A stretch of DNA of 64,000 nt from Phoronis australis (taxonomy: Eukaryota > Animalia > Phoronida). The notes beneath the pieces are model-generated. The model was not told the DNA's origin. It made no database searches and saw nothing but the letters and a program-made list of their open reading frames with translations. Below, piece by piece: positions 1 through 12,654 of the stretch. How positions within the stretch are numbered: position 1 is the stretch's first letter; each line of letters starts with the position of its first letter. The stretch lies in contig NMRA01000639.1 of the NCBI GenBank assembly GCA_002633005.1, forward strand, positions 15,609 through 79,608, in the 5' to 3' direction. The position numbers and the translations under genes were made by a program.

Positions 1-533
1 GAGAACGGTTTTTGAGCATCGGCAATGCAAGCCGAATATTTCATATTGAGAAAGCACATCTTTGAAAAGAAGAACCAACACTAGTTGGGAACGGTCTTTG
101 TGCGTCGACGGCGCACATTTCTTATTGGGAAAGGCAGATTTTCAAAAATTAATCGCTCAGACCATTTGAGCCTCATTTACCTGCAATTGTACTGCTATCA
201 AATGACCGAGCCAGCAATGTTGATACTACAACCGCTCATCGAAATAATGTACACCCACGAAATTCGGACACTAGCGGAAACCCAAATTTGGAGGTCCGCC
301 AAATTCGGACACCACCAAATGATATTTCGCGAGATTCGTCCAAGAATGAATTTTTTCTATTGGAATTAATTTTCAGTGTCCGAAAATCACGCGACTTTAC
401 CGTATTTCTTCTCAGCCTTCAACTTGAAGCAGATTGTGCTTGCCAGGAATGTTTCAGAGTAGTGAAAAGCGTTGTGTTATGACTATCACTTTCTTTGTCA
501 TGTTTTGAGATATTTGGAGTGTCATCAGTTATT

Positions 534-1248
534 TCAGTTCCTTTGAGTATCTGAATTCTGACGTTTACAGGTTGTACTTCGAGGCACATTCGTGGTTACA
601 GTCGATAAAGACAATGTTGTGAGGTGACTACGGGAACCATGTCTGATATGAGGTTGCGCTCTCCTGCCAGGGGATGACGGGACACAACGCCTTTGAACGT
701 CTTGTTTACCGCATTTACACTGGTGTCTCAATCAGATTTTTTCCTGGTGGGGAAGCTTTACCTGTGTTAGGTTAAACCTAGTGGTGTCTGATTATCATTC
801 AAAAGCATGGAATGAGTTAATCAAGCGATTGTAATTACCATTTTCATTGGTTAAAATGCTTTGCCATAGTCCACTAAATAAGCCATTGAGAACATGAAGG
901 ATACCGATGACTGATAGTGGTAGCCTGTATCAATAGCATTCATGCCATGGACAGGACCAGAATCTTGATCCTTGGTATGTCTTGGTACCAAATAGTTTGG
1001 AGGACAGTGTCGTGGTTTGTAGTACGACTTGCTTCTGAGGAAATGGTTCAAATCTGGTGTTTGTTGGCAGACCCTGAACATTGCACTAATCTTGGCTTGT
1101 CTCTTGTGCTCGGTTTTAACATACAGTGATTGTAGAGCTTGATTTGTCGACTTGTAGGTCGCCAATGCCACCTGGGATTTTGTTTAGCGACCTGGTAAAA
1201 TCCTGCCACGAAGTTGGCACACACATATTGGAGCATACACTCAAAATA
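534..1248 (-). pseudogene. Decayed two-exon ORF of unknown family (exons 1248-905 and 761-534), possibly transposon-derived
   Basis: Acceptor tttaattcctacag precedes 1248, donor TCG|gtatcc is at 904, and acceptor cctaacacag (CTAAC branch-like) precedes 761. It reads YFECMLQYVCANFVAGFYQVAKQNP, needs a 1-nt frameshift near 1175 to continue VALATYKSTNQALQSLY...YHYQSS, then VKLPHQEKI*LRHQCKCGKQDVQRRCVP with an in-frame TGA at 732-734. Confidence 0.35.
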
Positions 1249-1659
1249 CTGTAGGAATTAAACAGACAGGAGTCTTGGCAAATATCAAAGGGTTGTCATT
1301 CATGACTAATGCACAGATAACGTCATAATATCGTCTAGTTTTTCATTAATAATGATTACCGAGCATGTGTGACTCCTAATTTTCCATTTGACTAAAAAGA
1401 CATCCGTTATCTAGGGGATGCCTAGTTCAATTCAGGTATCACGTTTTCTTGTTTGGCGATCTTATATCCCATTTAGTGACCTGGGAAATTTGGGAGGTCG
1501 CGTTTGGAAAGTTGTCGTTATGATATGCGCTGAGCTCTGAATAGACATGGACACAGTGTCAATGTAGAATGAATTCTGTGATACATATAAAAAACTTGCG
1601 CTAGTCTGTGTATGGTTATTGTCTGGTTGATGTGACTTTGTTATTGCCAGTTATCAAAT

Positions 1660-1859
1660 TTAAGTGCTATAACCACTTCGAGTCACCGTAGTTCAAATTA
1701 CTCTTGGAACTAGTTGTCGCTAGGTTTAGTAGCAGCGTGGACGTTACTTTCGCTGGAGCAACTTGACACTCAGGTGACGACTTGCCCTACCTTATCGAGG
1801 TGGGGTCACTTGTTCTAGGGTAACTTGCCCTAGTGTAAGTTGTGGTGTGGATGCAAACC
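1660..1859. mobile_element. Harbinger-like MITE fragment (related copies at 54624-54706, ~38920-39040, ~45600-45665)
   Basis: Shares gtaacttgttct(a/g)gggt(a/t)aacttgccc-agtg-aagt-g--gtgtgga(t/c)gcaaacc with 54624-54706. The terminus GGTTTGCGTCCACAC resembles PIF/Harbinger MITE ends. Left boundary approximate. Confidence 0.5.
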
Positions 1860-4035
1860 TGGAAACGAGACGGATGTAAATAACAGCTGTGCTATTGGTC
1901 AGTTACATTCATACGAGTATCTGATCATGTAAGTGCCATATTTGTCGCAAGGTGTACAGTTAGTACCATGAACGCTGAGCTGAATTAGGTTAATTTGTTT
2001 CAGGTCCAGTTGTTGGAATATCTTGTAGTGTGATACAGTTGCAATCTATTGAGATTAGATGTGTTGTTAGATGGTGGTTATGTTAGGACTGACGCTCAGC
2101 GCCACCTTTAGTTCTTTTATGACACCGACAAAGATTTTAAAGTAGTGAGATTTTGCAATGTTACTTAATTTCATTCTAGTCACCAGGCAATCAAATTATC
2201 ATAGTTATCATGTGGGTTGTTCAATTGATTTGTCAAAAAGCCAATGAAACATCCATTTTAACTCGACCTGTCTTTCAAATTGACTCAAGTTCTCGCTGCC
2301 AAGATCTCTTAACAGGTGTTGGCGATAAACTTTGAATCAAAAGTCACTTGTGCTATCTAAAGAAACTTAGAAATGGTTCATCACTTATTTCCTATTGGCC
2401 ACTGAAAATTTGAGTGTATGGAAAAATTTCTGCCTGTAGTTTGCAAGTCTGGAACAAAATTTGAGCTCAATGACTGAAATTGTTTTTTTAGTTTTGCATG
2501 TAGTCATTAGATGGCGTTGCCGACCTTTGCCAGTTGCTGGCCCCCATCTGGAGGGTGTTCAGAATTTTGACCACCTTGTGTAGGTGCCCATCCATTAGTT
2601 TGGACAAAAAAATCATAAAGAACAATGTTAGATTTTTATGTTAATCTTCTTAAAAATAAAACAAAATCTTAGACATGTGAACCAAGGCCTCACCAATTGT
2701 TACTGGAGACAACTTGAAAATGACCAGTGGTGACACTCATTTACTAAACTTTTGAATTTCTTATGCAATGTGATTGAATAATTGTTAAATTCAAGGGCCC
2801 ATGCTCTGATAGCTGTTTAAAGCAGACAGTCACACTTTTCAGCCTGCTTATGTTTATTGTTATTTTATGCCTGAAGGGGCTGAAATAAAACTTTTAATTT
2901 ATGAATTTGATGTACACTATCATCAACAGTGGTGAAATTCACTTCACTTGACTATTCTCTCGTTGTTTCATTATTACTTTTGAAATGGTGTTACACCAAG
3001 GAAACTAATCTTGCTGGTGGCAAGGTGGCAAAAAGCTTTGATTTTAGCATAAGTGCTTTTTGCAGTAAAGGTTCATTAATTTTGAATTTTGGAAATCAGT
3101 TATTTACAAAAAATTTCATCTTTTGATAGTTATTTTCAACAAATGAGAGTAGTTGGAAAGCTATTAAATAAAAATTGCTGCAATCTAAAGTTGTTTCATA
3201 AGTGATTTTTTCACAAGGTAAACCCTTTTTATCAAACTGAAAATAATAGTGTTCAGAAATAGTTACTGCAAGTATCTTTTATGCAATCAACTATTAAATG
3301 GCACTATGTGAAAACTACACAGACCTGAGATCTGTATGTTTATAATGCTGTTTTGTATTAGACTGGAATGGTGTGGGAACGAGCTGTACTACTCAAGTAA
3401 AACTGACCCTTCAAAATTTCAGTTTTGCCAAGTCAGAAATTCAGTGGCTGTATTCAACCTTTTTCCTTGAGTTATGTAATCAAAATATTAAATTCAAACC
3501 TGTTTTAGACATTTTACATGTTAATTATTTTAATAATGAAACCTTGGTTACTGTATCCAGTAGTTGTCAATACCCCGAAGAAGGTGTAATTTTCTTATAT
3601 TTTGTACTTCTTGATATTTGTAAAATTAAATGCAACTGGACAATGTTGCTTCATTTTGGTGAATCTGTTGTTAGGCTTACTCTCAGTTTCATAAAGCTTG
3701 TTTATAGTAGCAATGATTGTGGACTGTTTTTGTCACCTTACTTTCTGGTGAAAAACAGTACAGGAATAAACATTTTTTTCGTCACATTCAGTTGTTTTAA
3801 TTTGGTGCCGTTGACACAATAGTTTCTGTTTTTGCAGTATATGATACACAAAGTTGCTATCAAAATAAACTAACATTGAGAAGACTAAACACGTGTTACA
3901 ATAGCCTAAAGAGAAGGAAACGTGCGTGAACGTGTTCTTGATTTTGTTATTACTTATAAGTGTGGCTATTAGGGGCCATTTATGAGAACTATGGTGCCGT
4001 ATTCGTACGTGTTAAAATTGGTGAGAAATATGTTA

Positions 4036-4501
4036 CCGTATTCGTTCGTGTTAACACCCAGGCTCGGCTTCAGTTACTGACCAACCCAATAATTTACAAA
4101 TTTTCATTTAATGCGCTTACGCTCGTCTTATCGCCACCTTCAAAATTACATGACCGAAATGTCCCTAAAAGTGAGGACCCGTTTCATCAGAATTCTAGCT
4201 CTCAATTAGTACGCAACTCGTTTAGCTTTTTAACGGTCAGTCAGTTTCAGCTTAACATTCTCTGGTATCCGCGTGGTTGTTCATTGTCTACAATCTGCCG
4301 ATATTTTATTTGACTCGTTTGAAGTCAGACGTCGACGTAGCAACCTGTATGTTTACCCGATCAAACGTTCGGGTAAGCGCCCGCTCAGTCCTGGCTTCTC
4401 AAAAATGCCGTTTTCCAGCGCCCATGTTCGGCTTAACGCCTACCACCTGACTTTTCATTTCCCAATCTGAGCCTCATGGGTGGAAACCAGAACGAGTACG
4501 G
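4036..4501. mobile_element. TA-flanked MITE (Tc1/mariner-pogo-like ends)
   Basis: TA|CCGTATTCGTTC ... GAACGAGTACGG|TA terminal inverted repeat with one mismatch. A second partial copy of the left end is at ~3998. Confidence 0.6.
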
Positions 4502-5966
4502 TAACTGTTTTAACATCGTAAACACACTGGTGCAGATCCAGAACCATGTCCGAATCACCTTCAGTTAGCAATTCATTGCTAAAATAGAGCAATTCGTGTA
4601 TCCATTATCAGACCCCTTCCCCTGGACATGACTATGAATCTGCGCCTGCTGTACCGAACCACAACAATAAAACAACAACAAGTACTTTGGCTGAACGTCA
4701 GTAGCGTTCGTTTCAGTTTTACAATTTATACCTTGATATGTTTCGGACACCTTTCCAGAGATGCAGTTCAACGAAACGTGGACTGTATTTACTGGCTCTA
4801 ACTCGATATACGTACAAGACCCTATCATTTGCTTAGTACATAATTAGAGCAACCAATCTAGAAGTGGTTTTATCGAAGCACTTTGTCAAAACGCTTTCAT
4901 CTCTGTCTGGGTATGAGCTAAAAAGACTTGCACTGGAATTTTGAGCCATTATGTTAACGATATTTTTAAACTGCTAAGTAGAAATGTCATGTTGTTATGA
5001 TCTGAGACATTCTGCGAGTACCCATGAGTAGCTCTTTGAGACATTTTAAAATATCACACGTGCTTTCTGTTCAACTTATATTTCTGGAGGCACTTAGTAC
5101 CCATGATGGCAAAAACCAAATATTCTTAAACTCTGAAAGTGAAGCGTAGGTGTAAGTCGTCTAATGTTGACTCGATCGTTACTTTATTTGTTGGATATGA
5201 TTGACGTGAAATGAAGAGGTGTTCCACAGTGTTTTTACTTAAAATTATTTAACATGTACAAGTTGTGCTCCGAAACACATGGCGTGTGTGGGTTTCAATA
5301 AAAACACAGCCTGATTATGTTAGCAGTCTGTTCTTTTCACAATAAGCCAACGGTACCCCTAATTGTTGCGCAAATTAACAACACAGTTCTTAATTCATAG
5401 CATGCCACTCATTTATCTAAAACTCAGTCGTCGACAGGCTCAGTATATGGGGCTAAATCTATTGTTGAGAGTGGCGGCCAAAAGAACAATAACAAACAGG
5501 TTTGCAAAGCTCAGTTTTCAAGGAGGATTCTGTGAGAAAATAACTGGGGTACCCGGCCGTTCTTTCGTATGGTAGATTGTCATGGCTGGGTCATCTTCCA
5601 CTGCAACAAAGTTTCCTCAAATTCGAACAAAATAATTGCCGAAATTGTCGTTTTTCAAACACTCAAAATTTCGTCGCGTATTTGTTGATGACAGCTACGC
5701 ATTATGAACCGTGAAAATATGATGTAAAGTTTTCTTCTTGTTTATTTTTTCCTGGTTAAGATTTTTAGTAAAATAAAATTACTCTGGTCCGCCATATTGA
5801 GTTATAAATTGAAGGAACTTTACATTACTGTACTCGACGAAGTGAGCCTTTGACACTTTGCCGCTTATAATTATTATCGTGAAATGTAACAGGCAAGGAG
5901 ACATTATCAATTATTTTGCAAAGCAAAGTCGCTCGTTGTGGTTTTTTGTTATTTAATTGGCTCCCT

Positions 5967-6066
5967 TTAATAATCTCTAGCTTCTTTGACTAGTCTGTAG
6001 AACGTTGTAGCGTCTGGAATCTCGAAGCACTGGCGGACGTTATTGGGCGGTCGCACTTGGTTGTAT
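5967..6066 (-). CDS. ISM1: Isthmin-like protein, exon 5 (terminal; end of AMOP region)
   Basis: Acceptor ttttcttttcag. Encodes (R)YNQVRPPNNVRQCFEIPDATTFYRLVKEARDY*, matching the vertebrate isthmin C-terminus (RYNEARPPNN..C...EAREY*). Phase 2 fits the donor at 10447. Confidence 0.95.
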
Positions 6067-6910
6067 CTGAAAAGAAAATGAAGCAAGTTTAGAGGTATCT
6101 GAAAATTCGTTATTTACATGGGACTAAAGCATGCTATAAACAAGTTAGTGTTTTTAAACGCGACTTTAAAAAAGAGTGTGAATGCTAATGTATATTTGGA
6201 TGTACGTGGTAATATAAACTATTCTAATGTTGTGAAACAGCAAACTGCACGTTAGCTCCCAGATCTAAAAAATCGCCATCTTTGAAAATAGCCAAGGCCC
6301 CCTACGGACGCGACAAAAAGTATGCCGGTGTCGAGGCTTATGCGGTGGCTAGGGGATATTCCCCCAGCAGAACCTCCCGAATGCGAAAGAGGGATTTCAG
6401 GGAGAACTGAAAAAGAAACTCCCACAAGAGTTGAACACATAATCTTTGTATACATTCGCTACGTCAGTGCTGGTCGTGTCTGTCTGTTGAGACTGGGCGA
6501 ACTGTTACAGGCGAAACACAGAATTACATTATGTTCGACATATATCCCACAATATGACAGAGCGCGTCCCATGCTCTGTTTCCAAGTGTTCCGCAATAAC
6601 TTGGGCGTTATCTAAGCCAAATGTAAGTCAATATTTAAGTTTGTTTGATCGGAGCTATCCAATACTTTTCGAATTAGCCTACCTATCACTCGAAACTGCA
6701 AATAATTATCGATGTGTGTATATAATGTTAAGCCAAACATATTAACCGATCCATCCCCACTAGTGAATTAGCAGCATGGGTTTAGACCTCACGGCACGAA
6801 AGTTGCGGTTGTGGTTGATGAGGCGTCGCTTGGTAAAACAAAATAAAAAGGCATTATTAAATGAAAATAAAATGCTTAGATTTTAACACGAATGAAAGTC
6901 AGTAGTTAGA

Positions 6911-7070
6911 GGAAACAGTGTGGCACAGTTTTTGAGCTCCGGGCTCCCGTTTGGGAGACCGGGTTCGAATCCTGGCTTTACTCATGGCAGACAATCGACT
7001 CGGAGCATAGCACAAAATTTGTCTCCTACTCCTCTGAGCTCCGTCTTACTAGTGGATGCCAGGGAGCGAT
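6911..7070 (+). mobile_element. tRNA-derived SINE (same family as 35616-35784)
   Basis: Degenerate A box tggcacagtt and B box GGTTCGAATCC, followed by body tggctttact...agcat-gcacaaaa-tgtctcctactc...gagctc-gtcttact shared with the 35.6 kb copy. Confidence 0.7.
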
Positions 7071-9894
7071 TTTTGGAGCAGTGCACATATTAAACAAAAG
7101 TTCTTAAAAAGATATCTTCAGAGCTACTGAAAATGTTACCGTCATAATTATAAAAAATTAGAACGAATATATAATGAAAGATGGCAAACCTTAATTACTA
7201 AATTACCAGTACATCATTTCGTTAGATTTTTAATCAGTTTCTGTTCTTAGTACTGTTTAGCTTGTTTTAACAATACAATTCAATTGTCGCATATGACTTT
7301 CATTCCCTAAACTCTAGTCTTGGGTTCGGCATCAAAATCGAAGACAAGTTATTGTAGCTATTCCAGCAATCAATGTCTTGCCACTCAAGCAGTCTATGTA
7401 GACATCCAGGTGCTATGCATTATTCAAAATTAATCTGGTACGAAACACCGACTCAATTGATTAGTTTCATTTGACAGAGTTTTCAGGGAAAGTATGTCAT
7501 ACACCTGTTTCAGTTTTGTATCTTCTTGTACTAGTAATATTGCACTGTCCTTCGGGGAAACAACTTTTTTGAACAGTTCATCTGAGACAAAAATGATGGC
7601 ACCAATATTTAGTAAAAATGTCTGGATGTCACCGGCGACATCTTACGAAACATAATTCAGTTATTTCTTTAAATAAACTCTGGCAGCTAATTCCCGAGTT
7701 ACGTCAGAGCAGAATTTCTGTCTCATTTAATGAAACGGCCTTTATGCTTTTCATGTTTTTAGTAATGCTAAATAAATGAAGTTAATTTCAGATTCTGTTG
7801 CTACTTAGGCATCTCTTGCGGCGGGTCTGTCCCGTTTTATGCCAAGACTTTGATATTCAAAAATGCAAAACCACACTCCAGATCTGTAATTGACAGGTGT
7901 TTTTGATTTATTCATATCTGTCGACTTACTGCCCACTAAGCGTCATTCACCGCGTTTCAACATTAACCAAAATTGTCATCGTCCTTGATTGTACTGTTGT
8001 ATTTGAAATATCCCTAAAAACAAGAATATTGAGAAAACTATATTCCGGCGTTGAAACGTAAGAGTGACACAAAAGAGATCGGATGACCAATGAATTTGTA
8101 ATGTGATTAGCTACCCCCTAGTTCAGATAACAAAGTAACCAGACACACTTGTCCAGTCACAAGTACTACAATAGAAAATCGCCGTATGGCAGGGGTCATT
8201 ACGATAAAAATTATGTTCACGTTTTTTTTGATGAAATTCACTATGTTTTGTTAATCGGCGAAAAAAGCTTATCCTATCTTCATCTATTTTTTACAGTGAC
8301 TTGGTGTCCTACTTCGGGTGGGCAATCCTAGTCATGCGTTCTTACACCGAGTGCGACGTTTCTTTGTCAGTACATATTAATCAGTAAATTTCTACGGTAA
8401 TTGGGATTTTTGTTGGGAAAAAGCTTTCGTTGGTGTATACCCATGCAGATGCGTAATATTTCTTGCTAACTTCCAGCAAATGAGACACCCCATACGTCCA
8501 CGCACGACTGTGTTGATTTTGTGCGTCCAACTCTCAGTGTTGCACGCTGAGTACGCAGTGCACTGCACACAATTAACCCCTTCCAACGGCAGCACCACAT
8601 TTTTACAAGTCCTTGTTACCTTCATAAAAATAGCTACCCACTAATGGTGTCTAATTTACTGTTTACATATTGTTATCCCCAGCAGAGAGTATTGCGGGGA
8701 CCACCGTGGACAAAGACCAACGGTCTGTACATTTCGGAACAATCAGGTGACAATGTTCGACCTAATTGGACTAATTTGGACTCGCAGAGTTGACCCCCTG
8801 CGCCGCCACTGGCGGCGAGGTGGCAACAAAAAATAGCCAACTGAAAAGCAGTGCATTGTTTTGAATCCAAGCAAATCCTTTACTCATCACGCTAGGGTAA
8901 TAATGGACAACATCCGTTCGTGTGTAAATGCCACACTGCTTCTGGCTTTGGGAGTGGACATTGTTTTGAGACTACTTTCAACAGACGAGTCCTGCTTCAT
9001 TTTTGTTGAAAAACTCACAGAACGATAGGCAACAAAACCCAGTTAAGACGAAAACAACGTACCGAGAAGTTCGGAAATATGGTAGCTAAGAAATATCCAC
9101 CCAGTTACTGTTTTTAGTAAAACATTGACTTATTTTATATCTGTCAACTTATGCGCATTGAGAAGATACAAGCGTTGCGACTTTCTAGTAAAACAAGCCC
9201 GTCGGGATTAAAATTCCTGAGGCCCGTTAAGAAGTATCATTCCTTGCGCTATTCAGTTACTTTCACTGCTAAGTCTGACATACACAGCAATAGTTTATTT
9301 TGCAAATCGCAATAATTCCAAAACATGTGCACATATGCTGTGAGAAAAGTGATTAGAGACAACCAAAACACGACAAGTTTTAAGAAAGTCAATGAATATG
9401 TACAAACAAACCAGTGACTGTTTAGTGTAACACGGTAATAGCGTTTATTTGTATTTAAGCCTGGTTGTCCACCACAAACTATGCTTGTGTATTTAACTGT
9501 AAACGATCAAAGATACTTTGCTGTGACAAAAATCTATTTGTAGTTTAAACAAAAAACATTTTATATACTCCGTGTATGTTTTGATTTGTCGAAGCGAGTT
9601 GTCTAAGTCTTAGCCACCCTTGTTGATTTCCCACCCGAAACGAAAATGCTGTGGTGGTGATGAAACTAATTGTTATAAAACACTTGAACCAATAAGTCGT
9701 TTGTTATTTCATTTGGTCTCTGTCCTGTTTATTGTTGCAACATGTTCACAGAATGTGAAATGCAGTCACACGAGAACTATGCTTTGATTAAAGCACCATT
9801 TTGGTCGGCATTCTTTCATTTTACAATCTCATTTTATCATTGATACTATATATCAGCAAAACGCTTTTACTAAGGGACATTGTCGACGAGAAAA

Positions 9895-9988
9895 GTGATT
9901 TTCTGAGTTCAGCCTCAGCACGAAATCGAGCACGAAACCCCCGCGGTGGCAGTCTAACGGTCTGTCGGTGAAGTCCAAAAACCACTCG
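9895..9988 (-). mobile_element. Degenerate tRNA-related SINE fragment (homologous to 18081-18165)
   Basis: Shared gtgattttctgag-tcagc...atcga-c--g-aacccc-gcggt--cagtctaacg-tctg...actcg with 18081-18165. The reverse complement resembles a tRNA head with a B-box remnant. Confidence 0.45.
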
Positions 9989-10447
9989 TTATTTTAAGTA
10001 TATTCAAACTAGTAAAGTCTACTAGCGAATGTTCTCGTGGACAACATCGAGACAGTTGCTTTCCACTCAAGGAATAGAAGTTAAAAAGCTAGTTACCAAT
10101 CTCCATATAATTTTCAGAAAATGAAGACGAGTACATTGTATATGATTTCTGGCGAACAGGCGCGTGGCAAAATGAGTTCTAATAGTTCTGCTGTTTTGTG
10201 GCCTGTTCCGTAAACGCAATACACTTGTAAAGCAATTTTGCGGCGGTTTAACTCTTCAAACATTTTTTATACGATCTTCAGTTGTCTTGTTTCAGAAGAA
10301 ATTAATACAAACGCAAGTTCTCGAAAAAGCCTACTCGCCATAGAAGTATGTACGTTTCTCCTACATGACAACCACCCTGACAGTTGTAAGGAAGGTATGC
10401 GCAAGCGCAACCTCGTTTTAACTTCTGAGAAACGCAAAAAGCCTTAC

Positions 10448-10859
10448 CTTGTCCAGTCGCCTTTACATATGATCCAGGGTAACTTGTCTACTTTGTAGTG
10501 TAGTGCCCGAGAAATCTCAGGGCTCACTAAGTCTGGCGTCCCCGCACCCGGGCCCCTGGTGATTAATCTCATCTGGTTGTCATAGCAACAATTTTGTGCC
10601 ATGAAGTTGACTAGTCCCGGAATGAGTTTTGAGCGTATACAATAAGACGCCCCCTTGCGGTAGACGCGTAGAGCCTCCTTCTGATCGCTAGCGTCTTGCC
10701 ATTGGTAAAACTGTCTCTTGTTGCCATCCCAAATCTTACTGTCCGACATTAGCGTCGTGGGATACGTGCACGGGCAACTGGGAAGTTTTTGAAAATTTGA
10801 TATGTAGTCTTGTAAGTACTGATTTTGGCAATCCATCCACTGGGCACAGTTATTCACTT
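10448..10859 (-). CDS. ISM1: Isthmin-like protein, exon 4 (AMOP domain)
   Basis: (E)VNNCAQWMDCQNQYL...LPSCPCTYP...WQDAS...YCIRS...AQNCCYDNQMRLITRGPGAGTPDLVSPEISRALHYKVDKLPWIICKGDWT(R) is collinear with the ISM1/ISM2 AMOP domain. Acceptor tttattttcag, donor AG|gtaagg. Confidence 0.97.
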
Positions 10860-12023
10860 CTGAAAATAAACATTTCGTCGCACATTGTCATCTTTCGTTC
10901 TCTAGGCTCTGGCACAAACAAATATTCAAATCGTGTACTCAGGCACACCTGTAAACCCACTTCGCTAACACAAAGACTCGTGCACGGACTAAAATACATC
11001 TTAGGCACCCAAAAAGCACTGTCCACGGACTCACAAATAGTAAACAACAAGGTTCACGAATCGCAAACAAGGCTCTGTAACTTATAAACACGGTCCAGGA
11101 CTCCTCGCTAATCATCCACGAGTTGCTTTTTGGATGAGCATGAGCCGTATGTTGTGAATCCGGACAAGAGTTTACAAGCCCATGAACCATGTTTTAATTG
11201 AGGAACCATGAGCGCGTGAGCCGTGTTGTTCGTGTAGCCTGGCACTATTGAATTGAAAAGTGACTTTCCAATATATTACCAATGCAACAGTAACACTTTA
11301 ATAACTTATTTTGATATTTGTACAAACACTTTCCGTCATGTTTGAACATTTAACCTGAGTAAATGTTTCGATGGGAAAAAAAACGAATGAATATAAATTA
11401 ACGTTTGCAGTTTGTAACGCAAACACCAGGATAAACAATTCTTTCAAACTGCTAGAATTTGTTCGGTGAATTGGTACGTTATACTTTGTGTCTAGCTACA
11501 TGTACGTCCATACTCATTGATACAGTGATTGAAAATAATGAAATTTATTTTTATTTTTAAGTAAATAAGCCGAAAGATTTCACTCCCATGATCTTGTATT
11601 TACTGACGCGTAAACCTGAGGCTATTGCAGTTTATCTGGGGTTGAAAGTTGTCGATAACCCATACACCTCTGAAAGATATGACGAATATGTAATCCTGAG
11701 GCGGTTTTCTTTTGCCCTGAGCTATCGACCTTGCAAACACATCGGAGTGCAGTGGTCTTGTGACCTGACATCGAACCTAGCATTGCATGAAACGAATCTC
11801 GCTTCTCTGCAGGCGCGGATCCAGGTTCATGGCTGTAAGGGGTCCAACAATGGACAGTCGTAAGCAATACAAAAATAGCCAAGTGAGAGAAAATGATCCA
11901 TGCTTTGATTTGCATTCGAAGAAATTTTGGAAATCCCTAACTGTCAATTTCGTTCTGTATTCGAAAAAGTAATTCATAATATGCGAATATAGAATGCCAA
12001 TGATTTGGGATTTGAAAAGTTAC

Positions 12024-12083
12024 CTGTGTTAAGGAACTGTTTGTAGAGGTCATTGTCTTGAGATTCTGTAGTAGCACTGTACA
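12024..12083 (-). CDS. ISM1: Isthmin-like protein, exon 3 (60-nt linker exon)
   Basis: Acceptor atatttcag and donor CAG|gtaact, phase 1-1. Encodes (V)YSATTESQDNDLYKQFLNT and keeps the frame between exons 2 and 4. Confidence 0.8.
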
Positions 12084-12654
12084 CTGAAATATAGATGAGT
12101 TTACTGTTTTAAACAGGATTGTCATAGAGTATGTGGTTCGGTCTAAGGTACTCAGTGTCGTTCTTGAAAGGGGAAACAAAAACAATCGATCATGCTTGAC
12201 TAAAAGCAAATGGAACAAGTCTTCATTATAAAAAACAACAATATTTCATCACTATGTAAAAGGTAATATGTTACAATGAAACAATTGAATATTTTTATAT
12301 TAAATGATCAACTACATAATTAATAATAGTATTTGATGGGAACTTAGATTGATAAACGATTATTTGATTATTGGGATTTTTAGATGAATGAACGTCCATG
12401 GTTTTATTCTTATACACTAAGTCTGTTAATCACGAATTTTGCCCTTTTTGACAAGACAAACTTCGTTAATCGAACTTTGATTTTTTCCACATATTCTGTT
12501 TTCCCTACGGCAAAAAGACACTCGAAAGGGAATTCAGCCCCGCCCTTTTTTAACTGGACTTCGTGTCGCTGACGTCACTGGTGCAAAAAAAACATTAGGT
12601 CTACATTTTTGCAGTAGGCACCTTTCTATTTGGATGCTTTGTTTAGAAACTCAC

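Noticed and set aside
732-734. In-frame TGA as possible selenocysteine
   Set aside because: No redox motif context, no SECIS recognised downstream, and a frameshift in the upstream exon points to decay.
2004-2090. Possible plus-strand terminal exon after tttgtttcag, followed by a UTR-like AT-rich region
   Set aside because: All three frames are short and unrecognisable, and no upstream exon was identified.
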